The translations under genes were made by a program, and so were the position numbers. This document shows, one piece after another, positions 38,992-58,796 of a stretch of 64,000 nucleotides of DNA (positions are counted from its first letter, which is position 1; every line of letters begins with the position of its first letter). The notes below the pieces were generated by a model that saw only the letters and a program-made list of their open reading frames with translations, was not told the DNA's origin and did no database searches. Source of the DNA: the human T2T-CHM13v2.0 reference genome, Homo sapiens; NCBI RefSeq assembly GCF_009914755.1, contig NC_060927.1; one strand, given 5' to 3'.

Positions 38992-39365
38992 GGCCGGGCA
39001 CGGTGGCTCATGCCTGTAATCCCAGCACTTCATAATGCCAAGGTGGACAGATCACTTGAGGCCAGGAGTTCCAGATCAGCCTGGCCAGTATGGTGAAACC
39101 CCATCTCTACTAAAAATACAAAAATTAGCTAGGCGTGGTAGCAGGCGCCTGTTGTCCCAGCTACTCGGGTGGCTGAGGTGGGAGGATCACTTGAGCCTGG
39201 GCACAGAGGTTGCGGTGAGGTTGTGGTGAGCTGTGGTTGCGCTGCTGCCCTCCAGCCTGGGCAACAGAGTGAGACCCTGTCTCAAAAACAACAACAACAA
39301 AATCTTATGTACCCCATAAATATATACACCTACTGTGTATCCACAAAAGTTAAAAATTAGAAAAG
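38992..39365 (+). mobile_element. Alu followed by a short L1PB/L1MA 3' terminus
   Basis: atgtaccccataaatatatacacctactgtgtatccac after the Alu tail. Confidence 0.8.
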
Positions 39366-39529
39366 GCAAATTGCAGAGATTTCCATATGCTATGATACCG
39401 TTTATATGAAGTTTTACATATGTCATAAAAATACAGATAACCTTTAGGGGAATGATCATTACCAAACTTTTGGATAACGGTTTCTGGGGATGGGCAGAGA
39501 GGGCTATACAGTCATGAAGAGGTGTATAG

Positions 39530-40633
<1,104 letters not shown>

Positions 40634-41187
40634 TGTTTGTTTGTTTTAAAGACAAGTTTGGGCCCAGTTTATAAGAAAAGAAAACAGACCATCCTTAGGG
40701 TGTCAGGATGATATTTTGACAAAGGCATTCATGCTTAGCAGGATTTCTCTCCCCCTACCCCCACCCCAAGTGTTGAAACGCCTGAGCTAATTACCTTAGA
40801 ATGTAAGGCTTCCTCTGTTGCTTGTGAACGTGGCAGACTTGGGATTCTCAGAGACAGAGGGCTTCAGAAGCTTGCCTCTGGGAGCGTCCAGTCAATAGCT
40901 TTTTGTCTGAGCAGAAGGAGATATTGCTCAAGGTACCATCTCAAGGGACTGCTGAATCAGTTGCATTGTCTCTAAAAGTAGGTAAAAGTCTAGAGTAGGG
41001 CTGGTTCAACAGTGGAATGAGTGTTAAGAGAGAGTTGCATTCTAAGAACACCTTTACACTGTGGCCAAATTCAAGCAGGTCCATTTTGTGGTTTGGTGGT
41101 CCCCATCTAGTGGGATGTGGTCTGGTATCCCAGGCACCTGCATATATGAGCTCAGATGGGTTTAATTTTTGAAAAACTGCTTTATTG

Positions 41188-41480
41188 GCTGGGTGTGGTA
41201 GCTCATGCCTGTAATCCCAACATTTTGGGAGGCCAAGGCAGGAGGATCTCTTGAGCCTGGGAATTCAGGACCAGCCTGGGCAACATTGAGAGATCCCCAT
41301 CTCTACCCCCTTCCCCGCCAAAAAAAAGCTAGGTGTAGTGACATGCACCTGTGGTCCCAGCTACTCAGGAGGCTGAGGTGGGAGGATTGCTTGAGCCCGG
41401 GAAGTCAAGACTGCAGTGAGCTGCGATTGCATGACTGCACTCCAGCCTGGGCAAAAGAGTGAGACATTGTCTCAATCTCC
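41188..41480 (+). mobile_element. AluJ
   Basis: Diverged dimer. Confidence 0.87.
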
Positions 41481-41504
41481 CCACCCCTGCCAAGAAAACC
41501 CAAA

Positions 41505-42775
<1,271 letters not shown>

Positions 42776-44603
42776 AAAAGGTTCTGTTTTTTAAAGACAA
42801 TTTTTTTTTTTTTTTGAGAGTTTCGCCCTAGTCGCCCAGGCTGGAGTGCAGTGGTAAGCGAATCCCTGCTACAGGCCAGAGACTGTTCTCAGTTGGTTTT
42901 TACACCAAGTATCGCACTTCATTCTAACACTCCACCATTTTACAAATGAGGAAACCGAGGCACTGAGAGGTTTAGTAACTTGTGGCACAGCCAGGAAGCA
43001 GTAGAGAAAGACTTTGAATATAAATGTATCCATTAGGATGTATATGGTTCCAAGTCATGGGAAACCTACCTAATCCTGGTTTATCCAAAAAGGGAGCTCA
43101 TTGGCTCTCGTAACTGAAAAGTCAAGGGGTAGGCAGGCAGTTGGACCTGGAAGTCTCCAGGGCATCAGAGAGCCTTGGCTCTGCTTCTCTGATTCTGTTG
43201 TCTCTCCACAGACGGGTGGGTGTAGCAGTCCCAGGCCCGCAGCCACACCCCACACCTCCCAGAGGAAGAAGGTGGGCCCTGATCCCAGCAGTCCCAGGAA
43301 AGCCCTGAGGTTCACTGTGATTGGACCAGCCTATGTCACCTGCTCACATCTCAGCCCACCACTGGCAAGGGTGTTTGACTCTTGGGAATGACTCTTGGGA
43401 CTGGCTTGTCCTAGATCACATGTTCTACCTGAAATTGGGGACATTGCAGAGGATTGGTGGAGTGGACCTCAAGGAGGTGTTTCACGTGGCTTCCTGTGAC
43501 ACTAGGTTGCCATTTATTCTTTAGAAAGCCCCTTTGTTTGATGAAACCCTGGTGTCACAGGCTGTGTGACTTAGGGTAATCCCCTTGTCCACATCTGTGA
43601 AGTGAGATTACCTCTTCACCTCACAGGCAGATCAAACAGGAAAACAAAAACAAAACCAAACCCAAAATACACGTAAATTGCAGAGTGCTTGAGGTTTCTT
43701 TTAAGCTGTCTATGTAATTAAAAGCTGTTACTTAGACTTGGATATGAAATAAAATCTGACTTCAAATTTAAGTGGTGTAATTTCCATGCCTCTTAAAATA
43801 TCAGGTAACTTCATTTGTGAGCCTCAGTCTGTAGACTTGAGGGATTTCCATCTGAAGAGGGGGCAGAATGGTGGTTTAGGGAACGCAACATGTACCCCAC
43901 CCCCAACTTTTTTAAGAGGAAGAGTTGAAAGAAATAATGAATGTGTGAGAAATAAGGGGTTTGATTGCCTTCCAGGGTCCATGTTGAAGGAGAGGAAAAT
44001 GTAGCTCAACCACAGTGACTCTCCCCAATTAAAAACTAAAAAAAGATCCGTGGTTATAGGGCTTGGACTTCGGACAAGCCAGCAGCCTCAGTCATTGTGA
44101 GTGTGATTCCAGATTGGAAGGTTCTGCTAGGAGGAAAGTGGAAGTTTTGAGAATTCCTAGTTGGACAGAATGCCTCTTGATCACGGCCTTAGCTAAAGGA
44201 GACCACTCTTTGCTGGATGGATCAGTCAGCTACGTGTGAAGTTTGGCTCAGTACAACATTCTCGGCCTGGGGCGGCAGCATGGGAAAGATTTTTATTGGA
44301 ATTAACTTTCTACAGAGATGTACTTTCAAATGAGACCATCCTTCTCTCACTGGTGAGCTCACCCGGGCTCTTATTCCACAAAGCTTAATTGTTTTGGACC
44401 CATACATTTAAACTCCTTAATTAATTGACTCAAGACTTAGGACAGATTTGCTTTTCTTTATAATGACTCCATGGCTGTAAATGCTGCTGATTCAGATGAA
44501 AGAGGACCCTAGAGCACAGAATGAGAAGGACGTGGACTCAGGATACCTGTTTCTTTATTCTGACTGTGCTCTTCGTCAGCTCTGGGGCTTTGGACCCCAG
44601 TTT

Positions 44604-45311
44604 TGTAACCACCTAACGAGTTCACCTTGCCTGCTGCCTAGACGGAGCTGATTTATCAAGACAGAGGAATTGCAATGGAGAAAGAGTAAGTCACCCAGAG
44701 CCAGCTGTGTGGGAGGCTAGAATTTTATTGTTACTGAAATCAGTCTCCCGAGCATTTGGGATCAGAGTTTTTAAAGATAATTCGGCAGGTAGGGGCTCAG
44801 GAAGTGGGGAGTGCTGATTGGTCAAGTTGGAGATGGAGTCACAGGGGGTCGAAGTGACGTTTTCTTGCTGTCTTCTGTTCCTGGGTGGGATGGCAGAACT
44901 GGTTGAGCCAGATTACCGCTCTGGGAGGTGTCAGCTGATCCATGGAGTGCAGGGTCTGCAAACTATCTCAAGCACTGATGTTAAGTTTTACAGTAGTGAT
45001 GTTATCTCCAGAAGCAATTTGTGGAGGTTCAGACTCTTGCAGTTTCTGACCCCTAAACCTTAATTTCTAATCTTGTAGCTAATTTGTTAGTCCTACAAAG
45101 GCAGACTGCTCCCAAGGCAAGAAGAGGGTCTTTTTGGGAAAGGGCTATTAGCAGTTTTTTTTCAGAGTGAAACCATAAACTAAATTCATTCCCAAGGTTA
45201 GTTTGGCCTATGCCCAGGAATGAACAAGGACAGCCTAAAGGTTAGAAGCAAGATGGAGTCGGTTAGGTCTGACCTCTTTCACTGTCTATAATTTTTGCAA
45301 AGGCAGTTTCA
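44604..45311 (-). mobile_element. LTR8/LTR8A (ERV1) solo LTR inserted in a MIR
   Basis: TG...CA ends, 4-bp TSD gttt; reverse strand starts tgaaactgcctttgcaaaaattat and contains gactccatcttgcttctaacc. Confidence 0.88.
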
Positions 45312-45326
45312 GTTTCTCACCTGTAA

Positions 45327-45780
<454 letters not shown>

Positions 45781-46367
45781 TAGCCTGCAATGCAAGTTGT
45801 CCTCAGTGGGCTGCTAGCATTGGCTTCAACCTTCATATCAGCCAGCTAAAGCCCCTTGTAATGAATGGGGAGGTTCCTTCACCCTTGCCTCCCGCTGCCT
45901 CCTCTTGACCACTCATTTTTTTTCTTGTAGTTCAGGAACCAATTCAGATGATTTCCCTCGTGAAGTCCTCTCGAAAGCCCCCAGGTAGAATTATTCATTT
46001 TTTCCCTTGCATTCCCACAGCACTGTGCACACAAATTAGAATCCTTGTAAAATGGCCATGATTCTGTTTATGACCCTGGCCCTCCACCAGACCAGCCTCT
46101 CTGCCCTCTGGCTTTTTTAGATCACTGGCATGGTTTCTGCCTACTCCAGGTGCCAGTATTATTTTGTGAATGTTTTTTTTCTTCATATCTACTCATCTTT
46201 ATACTACTTTACTCGTAAAAGGAAACTAGAGAACATGATCTTAAATGAAAACCACGATCACTTGCCAGAAAGAACAGGTAACTAGGCTTTGAAAAAATAA
46301 GTTAGAGGAGATAGCATAAGAAAAAATTAAAAAATAAATAAAATCAATGAAAACAACGTGTTACTAA

Positions 46368-47128
<761 letters not shown>

Positions 47129-47344
47129 GATTTTAAAGTTCTGCCCATGCACCTCCTTAGCTCTGGCAGTTACTACTTGCAGGCATCTCCTTTGTCTGCC
47201 CTGCCCCTTGTTAGGAAAGGCTGTGCTGACTGTCAGCTGGCACCCAGTGCATAGAAGAGATAGTTCTCTGTAGATGATGTTGAACAATGTGGTACTATAA
47301 TCCCAACCTGTTGTATCTTTGTTTACTCTCAAAAGCAACAATTG

Positions 47345-47612
47345 GGCTGGGCATGGTGGCTCATGCCTGTAATCGCAGCACTTTGGGAGGCTAAGGTGGG
47401 AGGGTTGCTTGAAGTTAGTTCCTTTTTTTTTTTTTTTTAAAAAAAAAGACAAGATCTCGCTCTGTCACCCCGGCTGGAATGCAGTGGCATGATCATAGCT
47501 CACTGCAGCCTTGACCACGTGGGCTCAAGGAATGAACCATTGTGCCAGGAGTTCAACACCAGCCTGGATAACATAGCGAGACCCTGTCTCTACAGGAAAA
47601 AAAAAAAAAAAG
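47345..47612. mobile_element. FLAM (+) split by an antisense Alu 3' fragment (47423-47529)
   Basis: Monomer halves on either side of an inverted fragment. Confidence 0.78.
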
Positions 47613-48231
47613 AAGAATTGCATAAGTATCATCAGAACTGTTGAATGGAAAATCAGACTTTGTGGGTTTGGTTTGTTAATTACTTCTCGTTGGATTAGAA
47701 TTTGATAGGTAAAAAAAAAAAAAAAGGTGTAGAAAAGTGATTCCAGTCTTGAGCAAATTTTTAATGGAAAACGGTGTCTTGGTTCTCTGTTCACTACAAC
47801 TTGTATCTAAGGGAAAGCCTAGTGATGCAGACATTTCATTTCGTGATGGGAAAACTGATGCCCAGAGGTTCACAGCTGACCAGGGGCTAGTCTGACTGGG
47901 GGGATCTAGGTCACCACCCCCCTTGCCTTGTTTTCCCAGCTAGTGCATTTCCTACTAGACTTGACTCTACTGTAATTCAAGTTGCTGAGTAGCAAACAAG
48001 AACTACAATGACTAGAAGGAACAGAACTAGCTTTTTTGTGCTCTGAAAGTGGAAACTTATTGAGGGTTCTTTTCCTCCCAGAGAATGCAGAAGTGCCCTG
48101 ATTTGCTTTTGGAAGGACACCATTCACTTTATTGCCTCTTTTCATTGTTGCCCAGAATATCACCATGATTTATTCATGGGTGGTGGGGAGGGTAGCACTA
48201 GTGTATGCTCCCAGCAAAGAGGAACATCTCA

Positions 48232-48600
<369 letters not shown>

Positions 48601-48890
48601 TCAGGTTCTCTTGCGGGATTAGTGTTTGTTGAATAATAAGCAATACACCCTGACCCAGCGAGCCAAAGCAAACAGGACAGTAACTGAAACTGCAGGGGAG
48701 TGTGAGTAAACAGTTACCTTCTACCCTCATGGAGCTGGCCTCTGGCCAGCAACATGATAGCTGTTTGCATCTTACTCTTATGGAGCCATTGGCCCTCTCA
48801 TTAAGGTGGGGGCAGCTTCTGGTCCATGCCTGCAAGTCCTCATGGGAGTGGGTACCTGACAGGGTGTAAAGGGTAGGTCTGAGGACATGG

Positions 48891-49207
<317 letters not shown>

Positions 49208-49369
49208 TAAAATATACTCCCCGCTCCATCCCATTCATGTGTGGGAGTTGAGCTGCATCTGGGTTTTTCTTTTCTCTTTTTCTGTAAATCTTTATTGTAT
49301 TTTTTTTGGATCATAGAATGGATACATGTTTCTTAAAGTTTGATCATTATAGAAACTTAATTAGACTAT

Positions 49370-49560
49370 TATTTGAGTGCTAACCATAGTGAGTGAGTGC
49401 TTACTGTGTGCTAGGTGGCTTTTTATGCCTCATGTCACTTACATGAGGTCTGAGGAACGGTGTTAATCCCGTTTTGCAGCTGAGGAAACTGAGGCTACAT
49501 TTACGGTCACCTAGCTGGCAAGCAAGTGGCTGAGCCTGGAGCAGCAGCAGATCTGGGGAA
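49370..49560 (-). mobile_element. MIR
   Basis: cccgttttgcagctgaggaaactgaggct core. Confidence 0.75.
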
Positions 49561-50745
49561 CTCCACAAACCAGATTTCTGTGTGGTATCCCTGTGGACAC
49601 AAGGATTTAACTTGATTCTTTTTGCTTTCAGTATCACTTTATGATATTACAATGAGCTTGCAGTATTTATTTTCAGAAGAAAAGCCAGATTATTCCCATT
49701 TATGAGAGAAGCAGCCAGGTGGGCAGGGATTTCCAGCGCTGAACCAGCCAGTGTGTGCATTGTCTCTTCCCGCTGAGCGGCCCTGGTGTGCTGGGTTAGT
49801 CTGTGAGCCACAGGAAATGTTGTCAGGGCCTCTGGGCTTTTGGATGTCAGCAGGCCTTCAGTGGTGAGGAGGTTGTGGCTGGACTCAGAGGACTCCTTGC
49901 TTTTGCTGAACGACCCTCCCCACCAACCACCACCACCACCACCAGTGGGACTAGCCCATGAGCTGTAAGCCAACCTTTTCCTTCCTAACTTAATTTTCCA
50001 AAGAATAGTAACTTACCCACCACCACTGCAGTCACTGGGCCGGGAAGACAAGCACTCTTGCCTTGAATCCATGCCTTGAGCCAGTAGCCTTGACCCAGGG
50101 TAAAGCAGTTATGTGCTTGGGTCACCTGGGTCATGTTTTTGAAATTGCCTCAAGCCTACCTTACAAATCCTTCCTGGAACCCTGCTTGGCTTTTCTTTGT
50201 GGGCTTCCCTTAGGAGGGAAGCTTCCCGAGCAGCTTGTCTTGACTGTAGCCAGCTGGGTGGTCCCAGCCACAGAATTTAACTGTCAAACAGCACCAGAAG
50301 GGTTCCTCATCCAGCTGTCTTGCCCCAAGTGCCCTCTTTGCTTTCTTTTTAGAGAGTTCTGAGACTCATTAGAGAGTTTAGAGATTTTAGCATTCTTGAA
50401 GTTCTTTCTGTGGTCAGTTTGGTGAACCACTTCATTTCTAAAGTTTCTCAGTTGACCCCATTCTTCCCCAGCTTTGCATTCTCCATGAAGCCACCTGTGT
50501 TTGGTGTGTATGGGTTTTCTGCAACCTAGGTTGAACAAGTCCTCTAGAATCCTGAACAATTGGTGATTCATGCTGGCCTGGTTTTTCTAATTGGCCTGGA
50601 AATGTGGCTGTAGTGGACACAAGTGGACTTGGCCTCCTCTTTGATGCGGGTAAACTTTAGATTTGCATTAGCTCTGTTTGATTAGAGGATCTTACTGGTT
50701 TTTGTTGTTATTTATTTACCTTTTAGGAGCTTTAGTCTCTGTAGG

Positions 50746-51205
<460 letters not shown>

Positions 51206-51486
51206 TAGTCATTATAGATTTATCCCTTCTTTCATCTCATGCTACAAAAGCAGTTCTTGTATTTTTACCCGACTTGTGATTTTCTACTGGGAATGTTTGT
51301 TTGTGATGGTTAGCAGGGTGCTGAGAGGGAATTAATCCCAGGAGGCCCAATATTGGGCCATGTCGTGCTGTTGAGCACAGTCATTTGACACCTATAACTT
51401 CTCATCAATTCTTCTGATAGACTGAGGAGGAATTGGGAAATTTCCTAGAGTTTTGTCTGCATTATTGGGTTGTTTTGAGAACATAA

Positions 51487-51751
<265 letters not shown>

Positions 51752-52716
51752 AATTTGGCATTCTTTTGAGTACAAGTGAGAGAAACTCACTTGAGCTGGC
51801 TTAAGTGAAAAAATTCTTTGTCAGGAGAGTTTTGTGAATTTCTGTTTAGTGGCAAGTTGTAGAAACCACTTGAAACTGCTTAAAGGCAAAAGAGGGAGCC
51901 ACTTGTCCCAGTAACTGAGACATCCCAGAGCCGACTGCCCCCAAGCATTACTTGGTCCCAAGTTTCAAACGGGTCTTCAGGGTTTGATCTCTCTCCTCAT
52001 CTCCAGTCTGCTTCATTCATTTTGGCTCTATGTGGTGGCAGAAGGGCTTCTGGCATCTCTGGACCTTTATGCCTCCCAGGTCCAAACCCAGCCAGAAAGG
52101 AGAGTGAGAGTGCTGAGTGCAAAACTCTCCTATAGCTCCTATACAAGTCCAGGATTTGCTATTAGACTCCTTGAATTATGTGCCCAGCTCTGAGCCAATG
52201 GCTGTGCTTAGGAGGCTCCTGTCTCATGCACCCACCCCAGTACTGGGCATCAGAAACAACCAGTGATCCCTATAATGAACCACGGGTTCACAGACTTAAG
52301 TGTAATCCTGCAGCAGGGCCTCAGGAAGACTTGAAACCCAAAATCAGAAAGCCATGGTTTCTTGTCTTCCTGGTGTCTGTTTTGTCCCTTCCCTCTGTAG
52401 AGGAGTCCTGCTATCACTGCAGGCAACGGGGCTGCCCTGCAGCTCCTGCTGTTTACATTTCACTCGGTGTAGCCATAGGCAGAGACCTCAGGGAGAACCT
52501 GATTCGGCTTGGATTGAGTCAGGTTCCACCCCAGTCCAGTCAGTTGTGGACTGAGAGGTGATGAGGCTGGGCCCTTTAAGACAAATCTGGGTGGGTGGAG
52601 TCTGTGCTTAATGAAGTTGTGATGTTAGCTGATGGCCCAGAAGGGACTGGTAGGTGCCTCTCATTGTCTGGTTGGGAAGCATTCTCTTAAGTCCAAGATG
52701 ATGATAAATAGTATTA

Positions 52717-53060
<344 letters not shown>

Positions 53061-53760
53061 TCAAGGGCCTCTCTCCCAAGCTAGGAAGATATCAGCTGAA
53101 GCTCTAGCCCAGCTACGTGGATGGCTGCTTCCTGCCTGGAAGCGATGCCCAGATCAGCACCTTGGGACCCCCCTGAACTTGCCTCTGCTCCAGTGTGGGC
53201 CCTTCCTTCCTGCAGAGGAGACAGCACTGTCTGAGAGGCATGAATGAGAATTTCCTCCTTCTAGGCCCAAGTCAGCATGACTCGAGGATGGCTTTGACTG
53301 GAAAAACTGAATCAAAGAGTGTGCTACAGCCAAGGATTTCCCCAAACACTAATCAGTGCTGATTACTTCCAGGGTATTGCCTTTGGCTCTGTGGAGTTTT
53401 GTCCACTGTGGCTGCAATGTCTGGCTTCTGCTGCCCAGAAGATGAGAAATGAGTTTGTAGGGATGAGCCTGGGTGAAGGGATGTGCCCCCTCACCATCCT
53501 GACCTCTATTAGGTGTAAAAGACCCTGATTGCCAAATTCATAGGTCATGGGTTGGCTCTGCCTCCAGCATTAACACTTGGGGGTGGAGTTGGGGAATCAT
53601 AGTATTACTTGCATAAATGGAATCCTAAAAGTTTGTTGGGACAGTTTCATAAAAATCCTCACCATGATCAGTTTGAAAATGACGTTCCCTTCACATGTTT
53701 GTCTTCTGAACTGAGTTGCAATGCTGAGTATGAGTTTGAGAGTCCCAAGACCATCTAAAG

Positions 53761-53982
53761 CAAGCCTGTCCAACCCACAGACTGCAGGCTGTAGGCGGCC
53801 CAGGACAGCTCTGAATGCGCCCCAACACAAATTCGTAAACTTTCTTAAAACATTATGAGATCCTTTCGCATTTGTTTTTTAAAGCTCATCAGCTATCATT
53901 AGTGTTAGTGTATCTTATGTGGCCAAGACAATTCTTCTTCTTCCAGTGTGGCCCAGGGAAGCCAAGAGATTGGACACCCCCG
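53761..53982 (-). mobile_element. MER30 (hAT-Charlie MITE)
   Basis: TIRs caagcctgtccaa / ttggacacccccg; 8-bp TSD at(c/t)taaag. Confidence 0.88.
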
Positions 53983-54116
53983 ATTTAAAGGAAGTAACTC
54001 AATTTTGTGAACCTGAAACTTGATCTTGGATGAACCAAATGAAATTTTATGATTCTCTTAAGCTCACGAAAGTTCAATAACTGTGCTGTGTAAAATAGAG
54101 GTAAAAGACTTGAGTT

Positions 54117-54423
54117 GGACCAGGAATGGTTGCTCATGCCTGTAATCCCAGCACTCTGGGAGGCTGAGGCGGGTGCATCACTTGAAGTCAGGAGTTCAAG
54201 ACCAGCCCGGCCAACATGGTGAAACCCTGTTTCTACTAAAAATATAAAAATTAGCCGGGCGTGGTAGTGTACGCCTGTAGTCTTAGCTTCTTGGGAGGCT
54301 GAGGCAGGATAATCCCTTGAACCCAGGAGGTGGAGGTTGCAGTGAGCAAGATCATACCACTGCACTACAGCCTGGGCTACAGAGCGAGACTCCGTCTCCA
54401 AAAAAAAAAAAAAAAAAAAAAAA
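54117..54423 (+). mobile_element. AluS
   Basis: TSD aaaagacttgagtt. Confidence 0.92.
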
Positions 54424-54709
54424 GACTTGAGTTGGTTCTAATAGAATACCTTGGAGAACCTCAAGATGCCTTCTGGTCCAGCCAGGTTTACAGATTGGAA
54501 GATATTCTGTTAATCAGAATCTCAGAGAGGGACAGGCCCTGATCAAGGTAACACAGTGAGTTGTGGTAGCTGGGCTGGGCTAGAACCTGGGCCTCCTTGG
54601 TTCCAGGTCACAGGGACCAAGGGATTTGGCTTGTCTTAGTCCTACTTGTAACTACAATACTGCCTTCTGCTAGGAAGAATAAGAGCTTGCAGGCTAGAGG
54701 AATTTATAG

Positions 54710-55380
<671 letters not shown>

Positions 55381-55966
55381 TGTTGGAATGTGTAGGATTT
55401 GAATTTTCAAATAAAGCTTTAAAGTTTTCAGATTTATTTTTACTTTGCCTGGTGTGTTTTTTCCTGGAAAGCCAACTTCTACATTTGGAGATTAAAAGAC
55501 AAACTTTCTCAAACTCCCTGTACCTAAGTGGTTGCTGCTTTTCTTAAATGTTTTGACACCAAAGAGAAAAATTGGTTTCTGGAAGAAAGTGTGTTTTCTT
55601 TTATTGCCAAGAAAATTAGTGCATGTTAATTAATATAGATGCTCAGGACCCAGAGTTGTAATGAACTTTTTTCTTATATTTATTTTCTAGATGTTTGACT
55701 TATTTTAACAGTTTTCATTTTAGCAATAATGTTTCCTTCCCACTCCCAAATTTATTGGAAACCCTCAATCAACCCTATTTATTTATTTATTTTAGAGATG
55801 GGATCTCACTATGTTGTCCAGGCTGGTCTGGAAACCCTCACTCTTATAGATAGTATGAAAGAAGATTATAGCCAACTCTTATATAACCTTCCCCAGAGCC
55901 TCCAATTGTTAATGTTTTGCCATATTTGCTTGCTCTATCACTTGCTCTAAAGATGCATATCACACA

Positions 55967-56543
<577 letters not shown>

Positions 56544-56689
56544 TAACGATTACTCAATTGAATTTGGTTTCAAAGTCACATACCTCAACTTTTCCTTTAA
56601 TCAAGAACAGCCCCCCTGCCTTTTACACATTTTTTTGTCTTTCGTGACCTTGTCATTTTTGAAGAAATCAGGCCCGTTGTCTTGTAGAA

Positions 56690-56825
56690 CTGGTGTTTCT
56701 CAAGTGTGCTTGGGAGGGTCTTGGTAAAATGCACATTCTGATTCTGGAGAACAGGGTGGAGCCTGGGAATCTGCATTTCCAGCCAGCATCCCGGTGATGC
56801 CAGTGCAGCTGGTCTTCGGCTGTAG
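56690..56825. mobile_element. MER5-type MITE
   Basis: cttggtaaaatgcacattctg...gaatctgcattt...ggtgatgcc. Confidence 0.65.
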
Positions 56826-58307
56826 AATGTTCCACATTCTAGGTCTGTCTGTTTCCTTGTGATTAAATTCAAGTTGAATATTTTTGGCTAGGGCACTTCC
56901 TGAGGTCATAGGTACTTCCCACTGCCTCACAGCACAGGCTCACAATCTCAGTTTGTCCTGTTACTTCGTGGTGCTAAGTGTGGTCACCTGCTTCAAGTGG
57001 TGTCCGCCTGCTCTCTGTTGAAACAATACCTTTCTCCTAGTATAATGATTAGGTAACCTGTGATTGTAATTGGTAAGTAATCTTTGAGACTACATGAATA
57101 TCCTGTTCCCCAGCAGTTTTCACTCATTGGTGAACTGTTTTGGGAAAAATAATAGCATCTTACAGTTATAATACCCTGCTGGTAACACATGGCTCTTACA
57201 TAATCAGCAGTTAATTGTTTGTATGTGTGTTAATTTTTATTTTTAAAATGTAACTAGTGACTGGTAACTCTCATTTGTATTTTAAACATTGGCTTTTACA
57301 GCTTCTCAGTACATTTCACTCTGTGTATGTTTTTGGTAGAGCATTTGTTGTCCTGTATAATGGTTTAGGAAATCCTATAGGCCAAATGAAGGGCTGGAGA
57401 CTCACCTGTGTTCCCACCACTGTGTTTCACTGTGTATTGCCAGAGAAAATACAGTTAAATTTGAATTTCAGATAGACAATGAATAACTTTTTAGTATAAG
57501 TATGTTCCAAGTGTGGCAGACAGCTCTCACAAGTTACAAGTCGTTGCGTAGGACATACCTATGCTAAACGATTTGATGTTTATCTAAATTAATATGTAAC
57601 TGATATCTTGTATTTTTATTTGTACGATCTTCCAAGCCCACGTCCCACCGCCTTCTCGGGGATGGCCACCATTTGTGTTTGCTGCCTGGTGGTGTTTGCA
57701 GCTGCGAGAAGGGCCTTGGAGGAGGAGCAAAGTGTAGTGGTATCTCCGTGCTGTGGCCTTGGGCACTGGGGTGGGGGTTAGATGAGTAATTAGCTGAATA
57801 TGACCTCACCCATGAAGAATGTGCCCTTGCTAGGTATTAGCAGAGGTTTAGGCTCCAGGGAGCCATTGTCAGAAGCTTGTCAGTGATGTCATCAGCTGGA
57901 AGGGCCAGCTTTCAGGCCTCAGGAAAAAGCTTGAAAGTCAGGGCTCCAGTTTTGGTAATAAATGGGAATGGAGTTTCACAGGTAGGGTGTGGAGGAATTT
58001 ATTGTGACAGGAAGCCTGATGGAGCCTCTTGCCTGTGTGCAGCCCCCAGCCAGGTTTCTGAGTTCTGATGAACTACCAGAAACTTCCACCACGGCCTGTG
58101 ATTACACTGTTGGCCCAATGCCCTGGAAAAATTGGCTTGCTCTCGGGGAACACTCCAGGAGCTGCAAAGGGGGTGTCAGGACTGTTGTGCAGCTCCCCTT
58201 AAATTGGGGAGGAGGGGTGGCTGATGTGGAAACTGTTCATTAGACTGCTCAGGGTAGTGTGAGAAAACGTGTAATCTGTGGGCATCTACCCCTAGCTGCC
58301 CCTCTGA

Positions 58308-58796
<489 letters not shown>

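Noticed and set aside
58197-58207. CCTTAAATTGG as a CArG box
   Set aside because: Seven A/T bases, so it does not fit CC(A/T)6GG
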